Source: Eledone cirrhosa (Eukaryota). From it: a stretch of 64,000 bases of DNA. A program made the position numbers and the translations under genes. Below the pieces are notes generated by a model, which saw only the letters and a program-made list of their open reading frames with translations, was not told where the DNA came from and searched no databases. Position 1 is the stretch's first letter; every line of letters starts with the position of its first letter. The DNA lies in contig OZ024741.1 of assembly GCA_964016885.1 (NCBI GenBank), forward strand, positions 93,124,001 through 93,188,000. Reading direction: 5' to 3'. Positions 25,730-39,167 of the stretch are shown piece after piece.

Positions 25730-28700
25730 TCAGGAAACGCCTAAAAATGTAAATGCCATCATAAAAGAGTCGTATGTAAGTGAAATACTAACGTGTTGTT
25801 CCAAAATGATGAAGCGTAGTAAAACCTCCTTGTACACAATGTTTTTCGTTTTTCGTTGTGGAACGAACGTGAAAGCATCACTGTTGCTGCAGACACGCGA
25901 GCAGCCAACGTAAAGCTGACCATGAGAGAAACATGGCTCCCCCAAATGTATTCCCGCCACAGACAGTGTTTGACCCTGCGCTTTGTTAATTGACATAGCG
26001 AAACATGGCCTTACTGGGAACTGGGACCTCCGAAATGTGAAAGGTACGTCTGCTCCTGATGGGAAAAGATGCATCCTAGGTATGAGCACAACGTTGCCTC
26101 GACCGCACCCTGTGATAATCGTGGCCTCAATCAGATTGGGAGATAAGGACTTAACGATCAAACGTGTGCCATTGCATTGTTTCGGGGGAACCAAATTTCT
26201 AATGAGCATTATAGGGGCACCAACTTTAAGCTTGAGAATGTGTGGTGGTAGTTCGGGGGGCTCAAAGGAATTGAGTACCTCTATTGGATAGTTGATGACG
26301 TCCTCTGGGTCAGGAGTTGTATCGATAGACTTATATACATAGCCATCCCCAGGAATGAGTTTTAGCATTTGATCATTAATATGGTGAACAGTTTTATTCC
26401 TCGGGGCCAGAATAGCCCTTTGGCCAATCCAATCCATATTCTGATAATTAGCTTGTAGATCTGGGAACACTGCATCTCTGAGATCAGAAGGCGTATTAAC
26501 AATGGTACAAATGGAATCGATGGCAATATTACCATTTTCATCCCCGGTTATTTTGCCTTCGCCAAGTGCAAGGAGGGTGTGAGAAAATGCTGCTGATGTG
26601 ATATCACATCGCATATGAGCACGCATGTTAGTGTGAAGTTTCAGAGTGTTCACCAGTGGCCACAATGTGGATGACTTAAGACACGCACTTACTGCATCAG
26701 CTCTAGTCCCCTTGGGAATAACGGGAAGTGTTTGCCGGAAGTCCCCTGAAAGTGTTATGCCTCCCATGGGAGCTGTAGAGTGTTTGATGTCTCTGAGAGA
26801 TCTATCTAGTGCCTCAAGAGCACCTCTGTGGGCCATCGTGCATTCATCCCAAACGATAAGCTTGCATCGTCTGAAGACTTCTGCCTGATCGGAGCTGTTA
26901 CTGATGTTGCAAGTTGGTGTCTCAGTCTTCGCTAAGTCAAGCGGGAGCTTGAAAATGGAGTGAGCTGTCCTGCCGCCTGGCAACAAAGTAGCCGCAATTC
27001 CAGATGATGCCACAGCTAGGGCAATGCCTTGTGTTCGCCTAATCTCAGTCAATATTAATTTGTTGACAAAAGTTTTCCCAGTGCCCCCAGGAGCGTCCAG
27101 GAAAAAAATCCCCCCAGCTTTGGCCCGGACTGAATTAACAACGGAGTTGTAAGCGAACTTTTGTTCTGGAAGTAGCTTTGGCTCATTCTCAGCTATGTAC
27201 TGTGCAAGCTCGTCAACATTAAAACATGTCTCACGCAGCAAATCTGAAGACAGAGTGTTTGTGCGTTCCCGGTTTGTTGAAGGTAGGCCATATACCGCCA
27301 AGGCACCCATATCAAGTACAGTATCTTCGATTTCAAGCAGCGCCCTGTTGTAAATGAGGTCACTGTACCCGACCTCCATTGATGGATTAGCCATTGAGCG
27401 TGACACAGGAAATCTTCAGACATATAATCTTTGTAGGTAAGCCATAAAGAGGCGGCATCAGCCAAGTCACACCATAGGAGTAGAATAGCGAAAAGCGATC
27501 TGATTTTTTTAGGAGATTTTAACGAAACACCCTCCACCATAGTGGCGCCCCATTGTGAATCGTCCTTCAAAAGTTCACGGAAGGTATCACATAATACACC
27601 ATCAACAGTTCTGATGTATGAAAACTTTGTGGGCCTAATACCTCAGGGAGTAGAAGGCACAGGTGAAAACACTCATGTTGGTTTGGAGGTACAGTGTACA
27701 CTCTTCCTAGACAACTGTCAAACTTGACACCAGGATGTCCTTCAACATCCTGACCCGACTTCCTACGCACCCAATTGTTGTTTGACCACACGTAGTAGGA
27801 CAGGACCTGAGGGTATAAAAGTGTTTTGGCAAATGTGTCAATTTGGCAAAGCCTAAAGAAACAGGTCAAAGTTGTTTGTTTTGGATTTGCCGCCAATTGA
27901 GCAGCAGTCTGTTCAGTAAAGCTCGCTGGCCATTTTCCAAATGAACCGCTAGTTGTATGATGGCGGGGTGCCTTTGGTGAAGCGGAAACCCGAATATCCG
28001 CCAAAAAGCTTCACCACTGCTTATGTATCAACCTGCCAAGTACTCCGACACCTCGTCCATGCTATTGTCCTTTTGAAGGCCGAACATGGCAGCGTCAGAA
28101 CCCTTGTTAACATATTTACATATGTACTTTATTGACTTTACTGAATGACAGAACTCCACATTTATATGAGCGTTAAAAGTTTTCATCAGAAATGGACAGT
28201 ACGGGACTACCCACCTATTATCCACTTGATGACCCCGTAACGTCATAGTGAATCCACCATTGTCAGGGTGCCTTCGTCTGTACAGTGGGTATCCGTCGCG
28301 GCCGGTCTGGGTCTCCTCCACAAACCTCTTTGGGTATGGTTTAGTGCACACATGGTCTTTGTGGCATGAGGAGAACTTTTGAAAACCGGGACCGCACGGA
28401 CCGTGCACCATGTGTGCCTTGACAATGTCGTACAGCTGCCGGTCAACAGTTGGGTCCGGGATTTCTGCTGCGATGACGTCATCAAGAACTGTCGGGTCTA
28501 TTATGTTGACCAACCAAAGCAAAATGTGCGCGTGTGGAAACCCTCTTTTCTGCCTCTCAACAGTATACATGTGGCACTTAACAGGCCCAAAAACCTGCCC
28601 CTTTTTTATTAAATCAATGAGCTTAGTGAGCTTCTGCCTGAAAACCCTTGCAATAATATCATGGCGATGGCAGTACTGCTGCCCTGGGAGTTCTCGCGTT

Positions 28701-30473
28701 ACCTCAAGCCACTTTGGGTTACATGTAAAGGTGATGAATAAATTGGGTCGCCCATAATGCCGAACGTAAGTCATAGCGTCTTGTGTTCGCTCGTGCATGT
28801 ACCGTGGACCCCCTGTATAGGTTGAGGGGAGTATGCACATCTTACCGATGTTGCGGGCGTCAGTGTCATTCCTGATGCCGTCACGCAAATGTATGTAGGA
28901 GTCTGAGCGCAGCTGCTTCTGATTCAATTTGATGAAGCACAGTCTCTCGGACTCCATCTTTGCAGCCAAGTCAACTGCAAACTGGTGAAACAGTTCCCGT
29001 GAGCTGTGCAGGGGGCTAAAATCATTATGCCTTTTCATGAAGCGGTATGAGTAGAAAGCCATACATGAAACGGTTTTAGATGTCGCAGCAGTGGGCTCGT
29101 TTGGTTTGTGCTGAGGAATGCCGAAATGGTACCCGTCTTCTCCGTATGGAAAAAGAAGGGGATACTGCAGGGCGTCATATGAACGATGTGTCTCATTAAT
29201 ACGTTGAAGACCACTGTCGCGGCTTTGAAGAACTATGTCTCGCTTATTGTGCTGTTCACCATGGAGAAGTATGGCCACTTCATTGCACAAAGGAGCGTTA
29301 TATCGGCGTGCGTGCTCCCCAGAAGGTCTTTTGTCAGCATCGATGACAGTGGTGAAGTTTGGTGAAGGGGCTGTTTCCAAGGCGTATTTGAAACTGCGAA
29401 TGTAGCTGTTGTGCTCATGAAGCATGTTTTGCAGACTGAGCAGCACGTCCCTGTCAAAATTGTCAGCGTCGGTGTTTGCAGGTGGTGGAATAACGCCGAA
29501 ACGCACATCAATTTGCGTATTGTAGTTTGAAATGAAGTAAATTTGAAGGAACGAAGGTTTGGAATTTTGTAGTGGCTGGAGTGACCCAATAAGGTGGTAC
29601 ACCTGGCCCTGGACCTTGAAAGTAGGCATCCAACCAGTTTCTCTGACAACGTTAGCCCCGTAAGAAGTCATCTGAAATGCACAATTGTACTTCCTGATGA
29701 GTTGAAGGGATTTTGATGACCTTGAGGTTGAACCAGTAAGTAATTCCTTCAAAGGATCTGGCAGCTCCCGAAGAGGGGGCAAGCTGACCTTACCGTTTAA
29801 GCAGCACATTGCAGGTGGTTCCCCAGCCCACTTTTTAACATTGCAGAATTGGCAATTGAAGCACATTTCCCCAATATTTATGTTGGCGCGCATCGAGTAA
29901 TTGAAGTTGGGCTCATACTTGAAAGCCCGTAGATGCCAGTAAGGGCTGTGTGGACTCGTCAGACCGCGGGTAGCCTCGCGCCATCGACTGTTCCGCTGGA
30001 ATGTAGAACGTTGCTGGTCTGAGTCGTGGGAACGTGGAGCATCAGTAGCAGAAGCGACGTTTGCAATGGTAATGGACCGGCCGTATGCATCTTGAGAAGG
30101 CATGGAAGCAGTGAAAGCCGCCTCGTTCCTATGAAGGTGAGTGGTCGGTAGTTCGAAACGTTCCGAAAATCTTGAAGCAGCAGTAACCGCAGCGTTTGTA
30201 GCCAGTCGAGTGGCCCTCTGAAGCCCTTGAAGCAGCAGCCTTTATAGCCATGCGATTCGACCTTGTTTCCGGACGCTCTGAAGCCCTGGAAGCAGCATCG
30301 TATGAAGCCTTTTTTGCTCGGCGTGCGTTGCGCTGTTGGAAAGTTTCAGCAGTTCGTGATTCCGCTAAACGTAAGGCGCTCTGTGAAAGTCTGAAATCGT
30401 TTGCGGTAATCGCCTTTTGCGCGGCTGCTGCTGCCGTATGGCGGCCGAGGCGACTTCTCTTTTTCGGTGGCAT
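25730..30473 (-). pseudogene. Helitron Rep/PIF1-helicase, frameshifted
   Basis: N-terminal MPPKKR with AASRASE repeats; Rep motifs FITFTCNPKW, ERQKRGFPHAHILLW, KYICKYVNKG; helicase DAPGGTGKT, IVWDEC, GDFRQTLP, INKAQGQTL, HGQLYV. Confidence 0.93.
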
Positions 30474-31469
30474 TTTATGTGAAAAATAAAGAGTGAAAGT
30501 TACTTAAAGATAGAAATTGTAATGTGAATGAAATGTGGAAAAATTTTGACCGTGGAAGGAAAAGAAACAAATATTTGGAGCTGAAAGAAATTGTTTAGAT
30601 AAGTATAGCGACAGAGTGTGTAAAGTGTATTGAAACGTGAGTTAAAAGAAAGAAAATGAACTGACATTTTTAAGAAAGGAATTTGTTTACGTACATGTTG
30701 CAAATGGAAAATGTTTGTGCAGTTGTCAGAAATATAACCAGGGTACATTTGTGGAACTGATGTATTATAATGAATAGTCCATCTCGTTCAGGGTACATGT
30801 GTGGAACTGATGTATTATAATGAATATTCCATCTCATTTGGTTTGCAGGCCTGGTGTGTCATGGTCTCTGTTAACTACGGTATATATAATCTGGTTGCAG
30901 CTAGAAAAATAGACATACCGCAGCAGGGTTTGTACCTACATAGGTGATCTCCTGTCTATTTGACTTTCGCCTGACCTAACTGAGGTCGTAGGTGAAAGGG
31001 ATAGGATCAATAACTTTTTGACAGGACAAAGAAAACGTTTGTTGGTGCCTGTTTATGTCGTGGTTTTGGGTTCAATCCCAAATTTTTTTATTCCTTACTG
31101 AAAGTACTTAATGAACCTGTGAACGTCCCTAGCAGTTAAGAATGAGAAATTGAATTGTTTCTGGCGCGATTGTACTCTCGTCATTGTTAACGAAAACTAC
31201 ATTGAAACACGCACACACACGTGTGTATTGACGGTAATACACACACACACACACACACATGCTAACGGCGACATAATATTTACCGGTTATATAAACTGTT
31301 CATGCTATATAACATCGTACTGACTACATAGCCTTTTACCTGCTACATAGCTTTACCGGCTACATAATGAATACTGGCTACGCAATTGATCTTGTTGTTT
31401 AAGGAAGTCTGCGAATAGTGTTTTAAACAATTACTTGTTAACTCACATGATGTGAAATGGAAGAGTAGT

Positions 31470-32130
31470 AGTATCCACATGAAGATTAACAACCGAAAAT
31501 GAAAATAATTATGTCGTTTGATTTTACGATTGAAAGAAAATAATTGTCGCAAATTAGAATTTTTATTTGTTAATGAAGTGTGTATGTGTGGTTAGAAATC
31601 CGGCAATTGATTTAAAGTTTAATTATTCATTTGATGTGAGTGTGTGTTTGTATGTGTTTGCAAATAAATAAATCAGTTTGAAGACTCACATTTAGAATAA
31701 ACAAAATTGTACGTTAATGTGGCTAATGTTTTTGTTGTTTAGTCTGTAAAGTGTATGAGTTGACATGTAAGGGTTTTAGTATCCCCATGAAAATTAACAG
31801 CCGAAAATGAAAATAATTATGTCGTTTAATTTTACAATTTTAATAAAAGAATTGTCGCAAATTATTAGTTTATTTTTTAATGAAGTGTGTATTTGTGGTT
31901 ATAAATCCCGCACGTTGTTTAATTGCTTTAAATTTTTTTTGATCAATTTATGTGAGTGTGTGTTTGTATGTGTTTGTAAATAAATCATTAAGTTTGAAGC
32001 AACTAAAAGTTAGTGTGGTTATAAATCACGCACGTTGTTTAATTGCTTTAAATCTTTTTTTTTATCATTTGAAGTGAGTGTGTGTTTGTATGCGTTTGGA
32101 AATAAATCAGTAAGTTTGAAGCAACTAAAA
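31470..32130. repeat. Internal direct repeats in the Helitron 5' non-coding region
   Basis: CCGAAAATGAAAATAATTATGTCGTTT at ~31493 and ~31801; GTGGTTATAAATC...GTGAGTGTGTGTTTGTATG unit repeated three times. Confidence 0.75.
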
Positions 32131-32628
32131 GTTAGACCGAGGAACGATTGAAAAACATTGTAACTCACATTTTTAAAAGATGCGCGTAGCTGCTAACGGT
32201 GAATAAACCAAATTTAGTATAAAAGAGAAAGTAGCAAAATGTGTGGGTTGTAGATAGAGGTAAGCAGATGATATGAGAGAGTAAAACGGACAGTATCACC
32301 ACAACATGAACAATATAAAATGAAAAGAATAATTTTATGTGTTGTTTCAGCTTGGAAAGAGAAGTAGCAGAAAGTATGAAGTTGTATAGATTTTGAAGGA
32401 TAATGGAAAGAGAGAAACAGTTGAAATGAGAGAGGGAAATTGTAAAATATTGAATTTTATCGATTTTTTGCGTAATTGTGGGTGAAATTGAAAAAAATAT
32501 ATGTGCCATGACCCAATTGAAGCTATTTCGAATACTGAGTTGTAAATTTCAATTGAAGAAATTCTATATCGTAGATTTCTATAACAAAGAAACATGACCA
32601 GACACTGAGCTTTATAGATTATGATGAT

Positions 32629-32699
<71 letters not shown>

Positions 32700-32740
32700 A
32701 ATATATATATAAATTTATAAATATATATATATATATATAT

Positions 32741-35700
32741 ATCATCATCATCATCATCATCATCACCGTTTTACGTCCGTTCTTCCACGCTAGCATGGGT
32801 TAGACGGGTTGTCCTGTTGTGGGCAGTGTCTGGTCGGCTGACCATGCCTTGCTCATACAGGAACTGATCTGGCTTGATTTCTACAGCTGGATGTCCTTCC
32901 TAACACCAACCTCATTTACAGTGAGTGCTGGGTGCTTTTCCGTGGCGCCTACACGTCCACTTTACAGTGTGGGCTGGGTGCCTTTTTGCCGTGGCACCTC
33001 CACGACCACCTTGCGGTGGGGGGAGTGGGGGCATATTGTTTATATGCTTCAGCATGTACCCATGGGAGGTCGGGTACCCTGTATTACTGCGTGACGCCAG
33101 AAGTCACGGTCGTGTGTCATTGTCTTTGAGAGGTGTAGTTGGGTAAGGTCGGCTTTTATCACCTCATCCCAAGTCATCTTGGGTCTCCCCACTCCGCGGT
33201 TTCCATCAACTTCTAGTGCTCTGCACCTTTTTATGCAGCTTTCATCCTTCATACGCATCACATGTCCATACCAGCGTAACCGCCTCTCCTGCACGCAGCA
33301 TTTGATTCCTCTTATGCTCAGTCTCTCTCTCAATTCCTTTATGCTTTGTCGTTCACGTATATTGCTGTTACACATCCATCGGAGCATGCAGGCTTCGTTT
33401 CTCTCTAATCTACGTAAGTCTTCCACCTTCAGCGCCCAGGTCTCACTACCATGCAACATCGCTGTTCGGATACACGCATCATACAGTCCGCCTTTCATTC
33501 TGAGGGAGAAGCCTTTTGCAGCTAGCAGTGGTAGTAGTTCCCTAAACTTCTTCCATCCCGTTCTTACCCTAGTTATTGTACTTTCTGAGCACCCACCTCC
33601 GTTGCTAATTCGGTCACCTAGGTAGCAGAAGCTGTCTACTGTTTCTACAGGGCCCTCCCAGAGATTGGTGGTACTTGTTTCCTGTGGCTGTTTGCTTGCT
33701 GTTTCAGCACAGCTGCTGCATGTGAATCCTACATTCTTAATTAAGCTTCCTGAGATCCCGCTACATCTCTTGTGTACCCATTGTTTGCATTTGGGGCAGA
33801 GAATGGAGTTCCTACCTACACCTTTCCTACATACTGAGCAAGGCCATTTCCCTGAGGGGATCTGGGTTCTGTTTTCTCGTCTACTTACAAGGACCTTAGT
33901 CTTTGTCATGTTGACTTTGAGGCCCTTTCTCTCTAGTCCCTGCTTCCAGGTTTGGAATTTATTCTCTAGTTCTACCATAGATTCAGCTATGAGTGCGAGG
34001 TCATCAGCATACAGGAGTTCCCATGGGCATCCGGTCTTAAACTCCTCCGTTATTGCCTGCAGGACTATGATGAACAGGAGAGGGCTAAGAACAGAGCCCT
34101 GGTGGACCCCAACCTGTACGCTAAATTCCTCGCTATACTCATTGCTAATCCTAACTTTGCTGACTGCTCCCCTATACATGGCTTGTACCGCTTTCACAAG
34201 CCATTCATCTACTCCTAGTTTTCTAAGAGCCCACCAGATTACCGCACGTGGAACTCTGTCAAAGGCTTTCTCAAGGTCAACAAATGCCAAGTAGAGTGGC
34301 TTACTTTTAGCTAGGTACTTTTCCTGTAATTGCCTCACAAGGAAGAGGGCATCAGTGGTGCCTTTCCCTGGTACAAACCCAAATTGCATCTCGTCTATAT
34401 TCACCCGGTCCCTAATCAGCTGTGCTATAACTCTTTCTGTTACTTTCATGACCTGGTCCATCAACTTTATACCTCTATAGTTTCCTCTATCTAGTGCATC
34501 GCCTTTACCTTTGTAGCAGTTGACAATGATGCTACTGCACCAATCTTTTGGTATGGCCCCTTCTAGTATTACCTGGTTAACGATACGTGTGGTTATAGTG
34601 TGACCTACAGACCCAGATGCCTTCAGCATCTCGGCAGCTATACCCGATGGACCGGTTGCCTTCCCCATCTTCATATCTCTGATTGCCTTACTTACTACGC
34701 TGCCGCTGACTTGTACTGCTGGTCCCTCTATAGGGTCTACATGGGGTAGGGTCTCTTCTTCCCATGCATTCTCCTCATTTAGTAATCTATCATAATGACT
34801 CTTCCATGCATCTTTCTTCTCAGCACTTGTGAGGGCAAGCTCACCTTTATCATTCCGGATACACTTCTCTCCAATGACATCACAACTATCTCTGACACAC
34901 TGCCTCGCAATCTTGAATACCTCCTGTTTCTGGTCCTCACGTTGTAAACATGCTTGAATTTTCTATCCTCTGCTTCTCTCCTAGCTAAGTATACTTGTCG
35001 CCTAGCTTCCCTCTTGGTCTCTATGTAATGTACCCTGCTCCCCCCGTTCTTCCATTCTTTCCATGCCTGTCTCTTGGCCTTGACTGCTTCATCTACCTTA
35101 TTGTTCCACCACCAAGTCACTCTCCTCCTGCTTGAGGTCTTACTCCAGCCACAAACCTCATCCGTCGCCTCTAGTAAGTTATTTTTAGGAACTCCCAGTT
35201 CTCTTCTACGTTAAATGTCTCTATCTGTTCTTCTTTACTGTCGTAGGCGTTGAGTAAAATATCTTTAAATCTGTTACTGGTTGAGGGGACTTTCAGCTTC
35301 CAGATCTTTCTTCTCCAGGTTGGCCTCTGTTTCCGGGTTCGTCTAGTTCTGACCGTGAGGTCGCTGACAACTAAGCTATGTTGGGATGTACATTCCTCAC
35401 TAGGGAAGGCTTTTGTGTTTACGACCGTCCATCTGTCACGTCCTCTGATGAGGATAAAATCTAACTGACTAGAGTGCTCCCCTGATCTATAGGTGATCAG
35501 GTGGTTGTCGGGTTTTTTAAAGTTTGTGTTACATATCGACATGTCATTGGCGTCGCAGAATTCTAGAAGTCTGAATCCTTCCTCATTCCTTGTGCCAACT
35601 CCATGTACTCTATTGAAGCCGTCGCAGTGTTTACCTACGTGTCCGTTAAAATCTCCTGCAATCATTAGGAAGTCCTTGTCGTCTGTTAGAGCAGTAGTAT

Positions 35701-36755
35701 GTATTAGGGACTCGTAAAACCTATCCTTAATTTCGTCTGGCAGCCCCGATTGGGGTGCGTAAGCTGATATTATTGTGGTAATTGTCTTATTCAAGACTAG
35801 TCTGAGTTTAATGATTCTTGCATTTACCCTGTACACTGAGATTACTTTATCTACCCACTTGTCAGCTAATAGTATACCTACACCACCCATCCCATCGTCA
35901 TTTCCCACCCAGAAAAATTTGTAGCACTGGCTTTTTCCTACAAGGACTCTAGCAGACCCTCCTCTCCATCTAGTCTCTTGCACACAGCATACATCAACTT
36001 CCTTTCGCTCTAGCATTTCTACGATTTCTCCTGCTCTTCCTTTCATTGAGCCTACATTGATGGTACCAACTCGGAGTTTTGGGCATTTGTCGACACTCGT
36101 AGGGGAAGGTCTCTGGGTTGGCGCTTCACGTGGGTGCTTGGTAGCTCGCAGATTCATATTTCATCTATTGATTCAGAGTTGCTCAAATGTATTCTCAGCT
36201 CATCCATCCATAACGGTGGGAAAATTGAGGGCTAGAAGAACAGTGGTGGTGGGGTAATGGCAGGGTGTGTTGGGATGCGCCAGAGGAGGAGAGAGTTAGT
36301 TAGGCAGGTAGTAGCAGCAGCAGTGGAAATGGCATGCTAGGTCGAATAGACTATGGTGTGTGTGGGGGTGGGGGTGGGGGAGAGGGAACTTGTGAGGTAG
36401 GAACTGAGGGTCGCATGGTAAATAACTGAGAGAGATACAATAGAATTAGAATACCGCATGGTAAATATCCAAGTTAATACTACATCAGTAAAATTAACAA
36501 TAATAATGTCATGAAAACTACTAAGAAAAACCCTCGGAAATTTATCGCTAATACAGCAGGGAACATCATTAATATTAACAACAATATGTAGGCTAAAATA
36601 GCTTCGAAGATTAGTAAGGATGGATGGATGGCTGGAACAATTGGAATCAACTCTAGTGATACATTTTAGCAGAGAAGAATGGGAAAGTGTCTTATCTCTT
36701 CAATATTTTCAGATTGAATGAATTAGGTTGAATAGGTTAAAGACAGTATATAATG
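32741..36755 (-). mobile_element. RTE-clade LINE, near full length
   Basis: APE domain (35171..36157), RT (33049..34674: FVDLEKAFD, GVHQGSVLSP, LLYADD), (GAT)n 3' tail at 32741-32765, probable TSD TATATAAATTTATAAATATATATA at 32706 and 36756. Confidence 0.92.
33049..36157 (-). pseudogene. RTE APE-RT polyprotein with PHD-like Cys/His insert; stop at 35171 and frameshift near 34945
   Basis: GTINVGSM, CVQETRW, SAYAPQ, GDFNGHVG; CSVC...CPKCKQWVHKRC...CSSC. Confidence 0.9.
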
Positions 36756-36953
36756 TATATAAATTTATAAATATATATAGACAGTATATGATGTATATAA
36801 ATTTATAAATATATATATAAATATATATATATATATGTAAATATATATATAAATATATATATATATATATGTAAATATATATAAATATATATATAAATAT
36901 ATATATATATGTAAATATATATATATATGTAAATATATATATAAATATAAATA

Positions 36954-38520
36954 TCATTCATCATCATCGTTTAACGTCCATATTCCACGCTTGCATGGGT
37001 TTGGAAGGGGATTTTCCCACTTGAGGCAAGAGTGGTTGTCTTGCTCGCATAGGACTGTCTGGCGGGTTTTCTACGGCTGGATGCCCTTCCTAACACCAAC
37101 CACATTTACAGTGTGGAACTGGGAGATTTTTACCGTGTCGCCTACACGGCCACATTACAGCGTGGACTGTGTGTTTTTTTGTCGTGACACCTACACGACC
37201 TCATTTGTTTCGGGCTGGATGTTGTGACACCAACATAACTTTACATTGAAGGGGTGGTGTGGATAGGGTGGGGCTAGTGGGACAGGGTGTATTTTGTTAG
37301 AGGTGCCTACTGACTGTAGTAGGTTTCACTTTGTACTTAGGTAAGGCGGGTCTTCTCTATTACTGTGTAGTGCCAAAGCTCTCGGTCCAGTGACATTGCC
37401 TTGGAGAGGTGTAAGTGTGTGAGGTCGGAATTTATTAAGTCGTCCCAGGTTTTTCTGGGTATGCTTACTCCTTGGCTACCGTCTATTTTTATTGCCCTGC
37501 ACTTTTTTATACAGCTTTCATTCTCTCTCGCGGTCCTGATACCAATAGAATGTTGTTCCTGGCGCCAGTAGACATTTCTCCCGAAGACGATGATATAAAT
37601 ATATATACGTCTTTCATGCGCATCACGTGACCATACCAACGTAGTCTTCTCTCGAGTAAACAATAACTGATCCCTCTTATTTCTAATTTCTCCCTTAGTA
37701 CGTTTATGCTTTGCCGTTCACGTATGTTACTATTACACATCCAGCGGAGCATGCAAGCTTCGTTTCTCTCCAGTCTGCGTATATCCTCTGCACACAATGC
37801 CCAGGTCTCACTGCCATGTAACATTGCTGTTCGTATGCAGGCATCATACAGCCTGCCCTTCATTTTTAGAGAGAACCCTTTAGCGGCCAATAGCGGTATA
37901 AGCTCTCTGAACTTTTTCCATCCCGTTCTGACCCTAGCTACTGTACTTTCAGAGCACCCTCCCCCACTGCCGATTTTATCACCCAGGTAACGGAAGCTGT
38001 CCACTATTTCTATAGAACCACCTGTGCAATGGAACGAGTTAGTATTCTGTGGGCACTTGCTGCTACTTAATGCTCCAGAGCACCGGCCACATAAAATCTA
38101 TATTCTTAGATAGTTTACATGTGATCCCACTACATCTTTTATGTACCCATACTTTGCATTTGGGACATAAAATCGAGTTTCTACCTACTCCTTTCCTACA
38201 CACTGAGCATGACCATTTCCCAGATGGGACCGGTGCCCTATTTTCCTTTCTACAAACTAGAACTTTAGTCTTAGACAAGTTAACTTTAAGGCCTTTTGAT
38301 TCTAGGCCATGCTTCCATGTTTGGAATTTCTTCTCTAGTTCAGCCATTGATTCAGCTATGAGCGTTAGATCATCTGCATATAGGAGTTCCCATGGCAGCC
38401 GGTCTTGAACTCCTCTGTTATAGCCTGAAGGGCAGTAATAAATAGTAGGGGGCTAAGGACGGAGCCTTGATGAACACCAACTTTTACGCTAAACTCTTCA
38501 CTATATTCGTTGTTAATTCT
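36954..38520 (-). mobile_element. 5'-truncated RTE LINE (related subfamily)
   Basis: (GAT)n tail and RT C-terminal fragments similar to 33049..34674. Confidence 0.9.
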
Positions 38521-38749
38521 AATATATGTAAATATATATATATATATATGTAAATATATTTATAAATATAAATATATATATATGTATATATAAATATAAA
38601 TATATATATATGTAAATATAAATATAAATATATATATAAATATAAATATATATATATGTAAATATATATATATATATATATATGTAAATATATATATATA
38701 TATATATATGTAAATATATATATAAATATAAATATATATATATATGTAA

Positions 38750-38796
<47 letters not shown>

Positions 38797-38833
38797 AATA
38801 TATATATAAATATATATGTAAATATATATGTAA

Positions 38834-38864
<31 letters not shown>

Positions 38865-38882
38865 AATATATATATAAATATA

Positions 38883-38918
<36 letters not shown>

Positions 38919-38949
38919 AATATATATATAAATATAAATATATATATAT

Positions 38950-39078
38950 TCCACTGCAAAGTGGTCGTGGAGGTGCATCGGCAAAAAAGCACCCAGCATT
39001 CACTGTAAATGAGGTTGGTGTTAGGAAGGGCATCCAGCTGTAGAAATGTAGCCAGAATCAGTTCCCGTCCTGATATGT
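38950..39078 (+). mobile_element. Short RTE 3'-UTR-derived fragment in opposite orientation
   Basis: CACTGTAAATGAGGTTGGTGTTAGGAAGGGCATCCAGCTGTAGAAA closely matches the reverse complement of 32878-32923. Confidence 0.75.
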
Positions 39079-39167
39079 AAGTATATATATAAATATATAT
39101 ATATATATATAAAAAGGTAATTTATTCTGTGTGCTTACAAATGTATAGTGGTCACAGCATTTGATAA

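Larger units (their letters stand above)
25150..32627 (-). mobile_element. Helitron (degenerate autonomous)
   Basis: RepHel fragments; putative 5' TC end at 32627 (TCATCATAATCTATAAAG...) next to a TA tract; no CTRR 3' end found, so the left boundary is approximate. Confidence 0.85.

Noticed and set aside
25730-27406. Host PIF1 helicase gene
   Set aside because: Intronless, contiguous with Helitron Rep and frameshifted, so transposon-derived
33700-33850. PHD-like finger inside RTE RT as a novelty
   Set aside because: Present in both RTE copies here and, to my knowledge, a recurring feature of invertebrate RTE-clade ORFs
33179-34294. Antisense ORFs over RTE, Gypsy, Helitron and PLE coding regions
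   Set aside because: Shadow frames of real TE ORFs with no independent motifs
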